Positions 25,261 through 32,401 of a stretch of DNA of 32,401 bases are shown in pieces (position 1 is the stretch's first letter; every line of letters begins with the position of its first letter). A program made the translations under genes and the position numbers. The notes under the pieces were generated by a model. It did no database searches. It saw nothing but the letters and a program-made list of their open reading frames with translations, and was not told the origin of the DNA. Where the stretch lies: positions 1-32,401 of the forward strand of contig JBBTSY010000006.1 of the NCBI GenBank assembly GCA_038064515.1. The letters run 5' to 3'. The DNA is from Patescibacteria group bacterium (lineage in GTDB: Bacteria; Patescibacteriota; Minisyncoccia; 2-02-FULL-40-12; GWA2-44-9).

Positions 25261-25296
25261 CGGGATTTTCTTTTTTAGTCTTTTTTTGATCTTTCG

Positions 25297-25469
25297 AAAA
25301 GGACCGTTATAATCTGTAGGCAATTGGGTAAAGTGGTCACACACGTAACTCAATCGGGGTATTTTCTTAGCCGGATAGCTCGGTTTCGACTGTGCTACTC
25401 CTCAGAAGTATCCTGTCTCAATTCCTCTAAGGAGCTGAGCGTTTGCCTACAGGTTATAACGGTCCTTTT
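25297..25469 (+). ncRNA. Putative structured ncRNA (~173 nt) with 6S-RNA-like architecture
   Basis: 27-bp closing stem (25297-25323 / 25443-25469, one U-G pair), an internal long stem capped by a UUCG loop, and two flanking mini-hairpins. Non-Watson-Crick pairs are mostly G-U on the plus strand; upstream promoters are present. Confidence 0.6.
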
Positions 25470-25473
25470 TATT

Positions 25474-27162
25474 TTATCCTAATACTCGTTCGATCTCTTC
25501 AATGGATGTGGTGCCTTCCAGTAATTTTAGGTAGCCATCCTGCGTCATCGTTACCATCCCTTCCTTCACGGCTAGGTCTCGTACATCGGAAATAGTGGGG
25601 GATTCCATGACGAGTCGCTCCATATCTTTGGTAACTGTAAAAATTTCATATACGCCGACCCGTCCCTTGTATCCCGAACCATTGCATTCGGCGCATGCAC
25701 TTGGGAAGTAAATTTTTAATGATGAATCAAGCGGGGGAAGAGTGAATTTTCCTTTAATGGGCTCCAGGAACTTTTTAATAGCTTCCAGTTGTCCAGAGGA
25801 AGGCGGTTGTTCAATTTTGCAATGTTTACAGAGGCGGCGCAACAACCGCTGGCCCATGGCCATGTTGATGGCGGGGGCGATAACCTGCGGCCGAATACCC
25901 AGATCAATCAGGCGAGGAATGGTTCCGGCGGCATCGTTGGTATGAATGGTAGAAAAGACAAGATGACCGGTAAGCGAAGCATTCAGTGCAATCTCGGCCG
26001 TCTCTTCATCGCGGATTTCGCCGACGAGAATGATATCCGGGTCCTGGCGAACGATAGCGCGCAAGCCGTTAGCAAATGTGTATCCTTTTTCTGCATCGAT
26101 TTGGGTTTGGGAAATACCTTGGATATGGTATTCGATGGGATCTTCAATTGTAATAATTTTTGCATCCGCTGAATTCAAGAAATTCACGAACGCATAGAGA
26201 GTAGTTGTCTTACCGGCGCCAGTAGGGCCGGTGGTAAGAATAGCTCCCGTAGATCTCTTGAGCTGTTGGCGCACGAGTTCAAGAATATCGGCGCGCATTC
26301 CAAGATCTTCCAGATTTGCGTTGATACTTCGAGGATCAAGGAGACGCATCACAATCGTCTCGCCGAATTCACTGGGAAGGATTGAGACACGAACTTCAAT
26401 CTCAACCGATTTTTGGCGGATAGTAAAACGCCCATCTTGGGGGGACTTGTGGACATTAAGCTTGAGTTTCGAAAGCACTTTTACTCGGTTGAGGATCTTC
26501 CCGTATGAATCAGACTGAATGTTGGTGATATCATGGAGAAGGCCGTCAAGGCGATATCGTAACCGAACTTCAGCTGATTCCGGTTCGAAATGGATGTCGG
26601 AGGCCTGGGTCTTGAGTGCGCCGGCGATGATGATTTCTAGAAGTTTCGTGGCTGAAATTTTAGTAACCCTAGCTCTTAGGTCATTCAGGTCGGTAATCTG
26701 TTGCTGGAGCTGATCTAATTCGCTGTCGCTGATGTCGATAGCGCCAATCTCAAATGTTTCCACTGCTTTTATGTCACCATACCGGGCCCACACTTTTTCT
26801 AAAGCCTCTCGCGTGGTGATAACCACCTTATATCGAAACCCGCGCTTTTCAAGTTCAGTGAGTGCCGTTTTGGTAGCACTTAGCGTGGGATCGAGGGCGG
26901 CCACAATAATATCGTTGCTATTTCTGTAGATAATGGCGATCTGGGCGGCAAGTGCCGTATGCTTATCAAGCATTATGAGTGCTTCTACATCGATTGGCGT
27001 AGCATGGAGGTCGGAAAATGAGAGTCCGAGGCTGTTGGCGAGCTGGTGAGATGCCTGTCCTTTGCCTTGCGATCGGATCTCTTCAAGCTTTTTCTCAAGC
27101 ATCTTTTCCGCTTCGCTGCGTTTGTGATTCGGAGTTGTAGACGAAACAGGGGGTAAGGCCAT
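25474..27162 (-). CDS. pilB: Type IV pilus assembly ATPase PilB / GspE family
   Basis: ASDIHFEP, RYRLDG, PQDGR, GPTGAGKTTT (Walker A), TIEDPIEY, RQDPDIILVGEIRD, TGHLVFSTIH, CKHC...CAEC zinc motif. Confidence 0.93.
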   Translation of the reverse strand: MALPPVSSTTPNHKRSEAEKMLEKKLEEIRSQGKGQASHQLANSLGLSFSDLHATPIDVEALIMLDKHTALAAQIAIIYRNSNDIIVAALDPTLSATKTALTELEKRGFRYKVVITTREALEKVWARYGDIKAVETFEIGAIDISDSELDQLQQQITDLNDLRARVTKISATKLLEIIIAGALKTQASDIHFEPESAEVRLRYRLDGLLHDITNIQSDSYGKILNRVKVLSKLKLNVHKSPQDGRFTIRQKSVEIEVRVSILPSEFGETIVMRLLDPRSINANLEDLGMRADILELVRQQLKRSTGAILTTGPTGAGKTTTLYAFVNFLNSADAKIITIEDPIEYHIQGISQTQIDAEKGYTFANGLRAIVRQDPDIILVGEIRDEETAEIALNASLTGHLVFSTIHTNDAAGTIPRLIDLGIRPQVIAPAINMAMGQRLLRRLCKHCKIEQPPSSGQLEAIKKFLEPIKGKFTLPPLDSSLKIYFPSACAECNGSGYKGRVGVYEIFTVTKDMERLVMESPTISDVRDLAVKEGMVTMTQDGYLKLLEGTTSIEEIERVLG

Positions 27163-27217
27163 GGGGTGCTTTTATGAGCTCAACATAGCGTACCGCCGTC
27201 GTTTGTAAAGCTTTTTT

Positions 27218-27226
27218 TGTGGATAA
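27218..27226 (-). promoter_or_regulatory. Perfect DnaA box in the divergent pilB/nusA promoter region
   Basis: TGTGGATAA is the reverse complement of TTATCCACA. Confidence 0.55.
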
Positions 27227-27237
27227 AACGGCCTAAT

Positions 27238-27310
27238 TTGACTTTATGCTACTGACCTGGTATCATCTTATTACTGTAAGAGATGGGTCCGCGAACTGCG
27301 GGCCTCTTGC
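27238..27310 (+). promoter_or_regulatory. nusA promoter and leader hairpin
   Basis: TTGACT (27238-43)-17-TATCAT (27261-66) with TG extension; hairpin GTAAGA-GATG-GGTCCGC-GAACT-GCGGGCC-TCTTGC (27276-27310). Confidence 0.65.
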
Positions 27311-27331
27311 TTAATAAAGCTAAATAATAAC

Positions 27332-28594
27332 ATGATTGATACTAAACAGTTTATGTCTGCTGTTCGGCAGATTGTAGAGGAAAAAGGGATCTCGGAGCAA
27401 AACGTACTGGAGACCATTGAGGTGGCGATCGCCGCCGCCTATAAGCGCGATTATGGCAAGAAGGGGCAAATTATACGTGCCAAACTCAATACAGAATCTG
27501 GGAATCTTGAGATTATGCAGATTCACTATGTGGTGGAAGGATTTGACGAAGAGGGCCATATCACCGGGCAATTACCAGCCAAGGTTACCGAAGAACGGCT
27601 CGACCCCCAGGACTATGAAGGACGCCGGCGGGATGTCGGAGAGCCGATGAGCGCCATAAATGAAGCCGGCGAACTCAAGATTAAATTTAACCCGGAAAAA
27701 CATATTATTCTTTCTGAGGCGAAAGAGAAACAGAAGAACATCGAGATCGGAGACGAGCTTATTGAACGCCTGGAACCGCATACTGACTTCGGACGTATTG
27801 CTGCCCAGACTGCCAAACAGGTAGTCATTCAGCGTCTTCGAGAGGCTGAACGAACTGCTGTTTTTGCTGAATTTAAAGATCGCGAAGGGCAGATCATAAG
27901 CGGTGTGGTGCAACGCAGAGAGGGAACGCTGGTATTTATAGATCTCGGAAAAACGAACGGACTTCTCATACCGGCCGAGCAAGTGCCCGGGGAAAATTAT
28001 CGCATGGGCCAGCGGTTGCGTTTCGTAGTCCTTAAAGTAGATGAAACTTCGCGCGGGCCCGTTATCGTGCTTTCTCGCGCTCATCCAAAGCTTGTCCAGG
28101 AGTTATTCCGGATGGAAGTGCCGGAAATCGACAGTGGCGTCGTGGAGATTAAAGGCATCGCTCGCGAGGCAGGCTCACGAACAAAGATCGCAGTAAGCTC
28201 TAAGGAAGAGAGCGTCGATCCCATCGGATCTCTCGTGGGTCAAAAAGGTGTTCGCGTTCAGACGGTCATTAATGAATTAGGAGGCGAAAAAATTGACATC
28301 ATCTTGTGGGATGAAAAGATTCAAACATATATTTCGAGTGCATTATCTCCCGCCAAGATTCTTCAAGTAACTACCGTTGACGAGGAGCGCAAGAGCGCGC
28401 TCGCAGAAGTCTCGGACGACCAGTTCTCGTTGGCAATCGGCCGACGGGGTCAGAATGTTCGTCTTGCCGCCAAGCTGACTGGCTGGAAGATTGATGTCCG
28501 TTCGCCGAAAGAGAAGATGAGCTCGGAAGAAATAGAGCCCGCTTCAGAGACAGAATTACCAGCGTCCACGGAAGTTCCGGCAGACGCTACATAA
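27332..28594 (+). CDS. nusA: Transcription termination/antitermination factor NusA
   Basis: FGRIAAQTAKQV..QRLREAER, S1 domain, EVPEI, AREAGSRTKIAV, SLAIGRRGQNVRLAAKLTGWKIDV. Confidence 0.98.
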   Translation: MIDTKQFMSAVRQIVEEKGISEQNVLETIEVAIAAAYKRDYGKKGQIIRAKLNTESGNLEIMQIHYVVEGFDEEGHITGQLPAKVTEERLDPQDYEGRRRDVGEPMSAINEAGELKIKFNPEKHIILSEAKEKQKNIEIGDELIERLEPHTDFGRIAAQTAKQVVIQRLREAERTAVFAEFKDREGQIISGVVQRREGTLVFIDLGKTNGLLIPAEQVPGENYRMGQRLRFVVLKVDETSRGPVIVLSRAHPKLVQELFRMEVPEIDSGVVEIKGIAREAGSRTKIAVSSKEESVDPIGSLVGQKGVRVQTVINELGGEKIDIILWDEKIQTYISSALSPAKILQVTTVDEERKSALAEVSDDQFSLAIGRRGQNVRLAAKLTGWKIDVRSPKEKMSSEEIEPASETELPASTEVPADAT

Positions 28595-28601
28595 TAAAAC
28601 C

Positions 28602-29885
28602 ATGGAATCGCATCTAAAAACGCTTGAAGACGACAAGCTTCAGCTAACCATAGTATTGCAGAAGGAAGAGCTTCAAACCTACATCAAATACGTGGAGCAA
28701 GAGGCGCTCACAGAAGTTCAAGTCGATGGTTTTCGGAAGGGAAAAGCGCCGGAAGATGTTAGTCGAAAGCAACTCGACACCGCTAAGGTTCTCCAAACGG
28801 CCCTAGAGAATGCGCTCGAGCATAGTCTCGCGGAAGCGACTAAAAAAGAAAACCTTGATGTTTTCAAAATTAGCGATCTGGCTATTAAAAATAATACCGC
28901 CGAGCGGTTGGAATATTCGGTATCGGTAACGCCATTTCCTGCCGTGAAGATTCCTGATCTCGCGCAATTTAAAGCTCAACGTAAGGAAATTAAAATAACG
29001 GACAAGGAAATTGACGAAACCCTCGAGGTGGTTCGAGATTCGCGAGCTACGTTCACTCTTAAAGAAGAGCCAGCGGTTACGGGCGATCGCGTGGAAATCG
29101 ATTTTGAAGTTCAGATGGACGGAAAGATAATCGAGGGGGGAGAGAGTAAAAACCACCCGCTCATTATCGGCGGAAAGAATTTTATCCCTGGATTTGAAGA
29201 CAATCTCGTCGGCATGAAGAAAGGAGAAGAGAAAAACTTCTCTCTTAAAGCTCCCGACGATTACTATCAGAAAAGTCTTGCCGGTAAAAAGTTGGATTTT
29301 AAAGTAACCATAAAAACCGTTCAAAGCGTTGCAAGGCCGGAATTGAACGATGCATTTGCGCAGGGATTAGGCAAATTTCAAAACATCGACCAGCTCAAAG
29401 GCGGTGTTCGAGAGGGCATCTATGAAGAGAAGCGCCAGAAAGAAAAACAGCGGATTCGCTTAGAGATTCTCGATCAGATTATCAAAGCCGTCGAGATTAA
29501 ACTTCCCAGAGCATTTATCGACGAACAGACAAATTCAATAATGGCCGGATTCGAACGTGATCTCTCCGCTCGCGGTATGGAGCTTGGCATGTATCTGGCT
29601 CACCTGGGAAAGACGCAAGATGATCTCCGAAAAGAATGGCGACCGGAAGCGGAAAGACAAGCTAAGATTGCCTTTATTATCCATCGAATTTCTCGGGATA
29701 AAGACATCGTTCCCACTGAAGAAGAAATTACCGCCGCGTTGAGTGAGACCGTGCAAGCGCTCGCGGCTCGCGGCCAAATGGATCCAGCGCAGGTCAATAT
29801 GGATAATGCGCGCCGAGCACTCACCGAGCAGATTACCAATGAGAAGACCCTCGATTTCATTGAAGGTGTTTGCGCCTCAAAGTAG
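28602..29885 (+). CDS. tig: Trigger factor
   Basis: GFRKGKAP ribosome-binding signature, FKBP domain (GDRV.IDF, FIPGFEDNL.GM), helical C-domain. Confidence 0.97.
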   Translation: MESHLKTLEDDKLQLTIVLQKEELQTYIKYVEQEALTEVQVDGFRKGKAPEDVSRKQLDTAKVLQTALENALEHSLAEATKKENLDVFKISDLAIKNNTAERLEYSVSVTPFPAVKIPDLAQFKAQRKEIKITDKEIDETLEVVRDSRATFTLKEEPAVTGDRVEIDFEVQMDGKIIEGGESKNHPLIIGGKNFIPGFEDNLVGMKKGEEKNFSLKAPDDYYQKSLAGKKLDFKVTIKTVQSVARPELNDAFAQGLGKFQNIDQLKGGVREGIYEEKRQKEKQRIRLEILDQIIKAVEIKLPRAFIDEQTNSIMAGFERDLSARGMELGMYLAHLGKTQDDLRKEWRPEAERQAKIAFIIHRISRDKDIVPTEEEITAALSETVQALAARGQMDPAQVNMDNARRALTEQITNEKTLDFIEGVCASK

Positions 29886-29940
29886 CTTCTGTCTACAATT
29901 GCGGTAGCGCACCTTTGCGGATATACTATACACATACAGT

Positions 29941-30315
29941 ATGTTGCAATCACTTAAGCTATCAAATCTTATCCTTCGATTATGCCTCGCCGCAGTCTTT
30001 TTGTGGTTTGGTATTGATAAATTTATTCACCCTAATTATTGGATTGATGTGTGGCTTCCTCAAAGCGTAGTAGCGATTTCCGAGTCTATTGGCCTTGGCT
30101 CAAAAGAGTTTATGTACCTTAACGGCATTATTGAGGTATTGATAGGTGTCAGCCTTATCAGCACTCTGCTCATGCGCGTTTTTGCTCCCATTGGGATTCT
30201 TATTTTGATTGGGGTTATGGTCTTTCATGGGTTTAATGAAATTCTCATTCGTGATCTGGGTCTTATCGGGGGATTAGCGGCATTGATATTCTGGCCCGAC
30301 CGGCGATTCTATTGA
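29941..30315 (+). CDS. DoxX-like membrane protein
   Basis: LILRL.LA.VFLWFGIDKF, G..EVLIG, RDLGL; about 4 TM helices. Confidence 0.75.
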   Translation: MLQSLKLSNLILRLCLAAVFLWFGIDKFIHPNYWIDVWLPQSVVAISESIGLGSKEFMYLNGIIEVLIGVSLISTLLMRVFAPIGILILIGVMVFHGFNEILIRDLGLIGGLAALIFWPDRRFY

Positions 30316-30372
30316 TGTATGAACTAAGGAATATGATATAGTACAGGAACGACCCGTTAGGGTTGTTTTTAT

Positions 30373-31527
30373 ATGAAACGTATTTATCTCGACCATGCCG
30401 CCGCTACGCCTCTTAATGCTCGAGTCAGGAAAGCCATTATTAAAGTGCTTGGTGTCGCGGGGAATCCTTCCTCGTACAATAATGCCGGCCGTGAGGCGGC
30501 GATGATGCTTGAAGAAGCGCGACAGACTGTCGCGCGATTTTTAGGCGCTCATTCCGATGAAATTGTATTCACCAGCTCGGGTTCGGAGGCCAATGCCCTT
30601 GCAATTTTAGGCGTAATGAATGGATTTAAAAAAGAGAGGATACTTACAACGCCCATCGAACATCTTTCGGTACTGGAGTCGATTAAAGCAGTAGTTTCGG
30701 GGGGGGAAGTTTCGATGATTGCCGTCAATGAAAAAGGGGTAGTGGAGCTCAAAGATATCCGGGAAAAATTAACTTCGACGACCATCCTTGTTTCGGTAAT
30801 GTATGCCAATAATGAGATTGGCACTATCCAGCCAATCGCGCAGATCGGTAAAATGATTCGCGAATTTCGCAGGAAGTATAAAGTGTCGTTTCCGCTTTTC
30901 CATGTCGATGCGTGCCAAGCTACTGAATATTTGGATATGAATGTTCAGCATCTTGGCGTAGATTTCCTGACTTTTAATGGCTCAAAAATTTACGGTCCTC
31001 GGGGGACTGGTGTATTATATGTTCGTCGGGGAGTTACGCTCCAATCGCTTATTCGTGGAGGGGGGCAGGAGCAGGGGCTTCGCGCAGGTACTGAAAATGT
31101 GCCGGCATGTATCGGTCTCGCAGAAGCACTTGAGTGTATACCCAAACAGGAGAAAGCTCGACTAACACTCCTGCGAGATTATTTTTTTACCCAACTCAAG
31201 GCATGTTTGTCGGATGTGCGAATTAACGGATCGCTCGGCGATGACCGATTGCCTAATAATGTCAATATCTCAATCCCGGGGCTGGATAGCGAAAATCTTC
31301 TTCTGGAGCTGGATGCGGCCGGTATTTCGGCGGGTAGCGGCTCGGCATGCACGGCACGAAGCGTAGAGCCTTCACATGTTTTAAAAGCCATTGGCGTAAA
31401 GAAGCCATATCTTGATGGCGCATTACGTTTTTCTATGGGCCGAGCAACAACAAAAAAAGATATTGACTATGTCTTACAAAAGCTTCCATTGATAATAAAA
31501 AAATTACACAAACGCTATCAAAAGTAA
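30373..31527 (+). CDS. iscS: Cysteine desulfurase (IscS/NifS, class I)
   Basis: IYLDHAAATP, GNPSS, FTSSGSEAN, ANNEIGT, HVDACQ, SKIYGP (PLP Lys), GGGQE, SGSAC (catalytic Cys). Confidence 0.95.
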   Translation: MKRIYLDHAAATPLNARVRKAIIKVLGVAGNPSSYNNAGREAAMMLEEARQTVARFLGAHSDEIVFTSSGSEANALAILGVMNGFKKERILTTPIEHLSVLESIKAVVSGGEVSMIAVNEKGVVELKDIREKLTSTTILVSVMYANNEIGTIQPIAQIGKMIREFRRKYKVSFPLFHVDACQATEYLDMNVQHLGVDFLTFNGSKIYGPRGTGVLYVRRGVTLQSLIRGGGQEQGLRAGTENVPACIGLAEALECIPKQEKARLTLLRDYFFTQLKACLSDVRINGSLGDDRLPNNVNISIPGLDSENLLLELDAAGISAGSGSACTARSVEPSHVLKAIGVKKPYLDGALRFSMGRATTKKDIDYVLQKLPLIIKKLHKRYQK

Positions 31528-31528
31528 G

Positions 31529-31557
31529 TTGAAGTTAATTACCTTTTTTGTTAGGAT
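31529..31557 (+). promoter_or_regulatory. Promoter of the tRNA pair
   Basis: TTGAAG-17-TAGGAT with a TG extension. Confidence 0.45.
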
Positions 31558-31581
31558 GTTCAAGAATTGCCAAGGAATAAT

Positions 31582-31653
31582 GTCCCCATAGCTTAACGGA
31601 TAAAGCATCAGCCTTCGAAGCTGTTGATGGGGGTTCGATTCCCTCTGGGGACA
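31582..31653 (+). tRNA. tRNA-Arg (anticodon TCG), CCA not encoded
   Basis: Acceptor stem GTCCCCA/TGGGGAC, D-arm GCTT/AAGC, anticodon loop CTTCGAA, T-loop TTCGATT. Confidence 0.95.
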
Positions 31654-31664
31654 CTACATCGCAT

Positions 31665-31737
31665 GCGCCCTTAGCTCAGTTGGTAGAGCTGCTCCCTCTT
31701 AAGGAGAAGGTCGGGGGTTCGAATCCCTCAGGGCGCA
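31665..31737 (+). tRNA. tRNA-Lys (anticodon CTT), CCA not encoded
   Basis: Acceptor stem GCGCCCT/AGGGCGC, D-arm GCTC/GAGC, anticodon loop CTCTTAA, T-loop TTCGAAT. Confidence 0.95.
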
Positions 31738-31749
31738 CATCAACACAAA

Positions 31750-31777
31750 ACAAAGCCCCGCTTTCGCGGGGCTTTGT
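31750..31777. terminator. Intrinsic (likely bidirectional) terminator
   Basis: ACAAAGCCCCGC-TTTC-GCGGGGCTTTGT perfect 12-bp stem between convergent units. Confidence 0.85.
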
Positions 31778-31780
31778 AGC

Positions 31781-32329
31781 TTAGAGGACTTCGATAACTA
31801 GGTTTCTACGACCGAACTGCAATGCTGATTGTCGATCGGCCATCCAGATATCAACGTTGGTCTGATATCGTTTGTTCATTCGGTCCTCAACAATGAAGAT
31901 CTTATCGCCGTAAACGGCGGGAATCTTAATTGCGGTACCGAACGGTAAGAAGTTAGTAGCAACGATACCATCGCGGACGTAAGTACCTTTAGCGGTAATG
32001 AAGGGCGAATCGTCAGTCTGGTCGGGCGTAGACGAATAGGCCGAAACGCTTACCGAATAAGTACCCCGCGCCTTAGACGTAATTTTTGGCTTGGACTGCT
32101 CTTGAGTCGGAGCGGTATTGGGTTGAAGAACTGAATTACTCTGGATAGTCGGAATTTGGATTGAACCAATTTGGGGAAGATTCAATCCGCCGCCGACGAA
32201 TACAAAGTTCTCGGTCGCGTCTTGGCTTTTAGAGCCTTTTACCCAATCCATGAATCCAGCGTGTGCCTCGGTTGTAGAGAACAAAATAACTACGAAAAGT
32301 CCGATAAGGGCTTTTAGATTTTTATTCAT
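31781..32329 (-). CDS. Secreted 3D (Asp-Asp-Asp) domain protein, putative peptidoglycan lytic enzyme (ORF track start 32353; ATG 32329 preferred)
   Basis: Signal peptide ending AHA; SAYSS..QTD..PFITA.G, VATNFLPFGT, VEDR, VDIWM, A..FG. Confidence 0.85.
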   Translation of the reverse strand: MNKNLKALIGLFVVILFSTTEAHAGFMDWVKGSKSQDATENFVFVGGGLNLPQIGSIQIPTIQSNSVLQPNTAPTQEQSKPKITSKARGTYSVSVSAYSSTPDQTDDSPFITAKGTYVRDGIVATNFLPFGTAIKIPAVYGDKIFIVEDRMNKRYQTNVDIWMADRQSALQFGRRNLVIEVL

Positions 32330-32401
32330 AATGTACAACCGAGGAGTAGGCACTAGGGGCTTTTGACCGATAAAAAATGGCCTATCAAAGCCATCGTTTA
32401 C

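Noticed and set aside
911-31391. Numerous 60-180-aa antisense or alternate-frame ORFs in the ORF track (e.g. 3015-3554, 7453-7980, 27572-28084, 28803-29324)
   Set aside because: They are nested within well-supported genes and have no recognisable motifs; typical shadow ORFs.
32330-32401. Imperfect hairpin upstream of the 3D-domain gene, a possible c-di-AMP (ydaO) riboswitch expression platform
   Set aside because: The window ends here and no aptamer consensus is visible; cannot be supported.

Overview
Chromosomal origin region of a small-genome bacterium, most consistent with Patescibacteria/CPR (Parcubacteria-like). This is inferred from gene content, compact and overlapping genes, scarce Shine-Dalgarno motifs and CPR-type gene families. 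TGA is used as a stop codon, so the standard code applies. The left ~14 kb is an all-plus-strand, tightly coupled block: pcrA, rsmA and lnt, followed by a type IV secretion-like locus (Ca-binding repeat protein, large secreted modular protein, VirB6-like protein, helical protein, PrgI/VirB3-like, TraC-N-like, VirB4 ATPase, membrane protein, beta-propeller). No relaxase, coupling protein or integrase is present in the window. Next come jag-yidC-yidD-rnpA-rpmH, dnaA and dnaN with oriC-like intergenic regions, a DciA-like ORF, a class A PBP, tyrS, a tiny hyper-acidic ORF, ruvC, yebC (with a premature stop), ruvB, pilB, nusA, tig, a DoxX-like gene, iscS, tRNA-Arg(TCG), tRNA-Lys(CTT) and a 3D-domain protein. 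The most interesting signals are the domesticated T4SS-like locus next to oriC, an unannotated ~173-nt highly structured RNA (6S-like architecture) between ruvB and pilB, short palindromes sitting in frame inside proteins, and an inverted-repeat unwinding element at oriC. All calls come from motif reading by eye; no database searches or folding programs were run.
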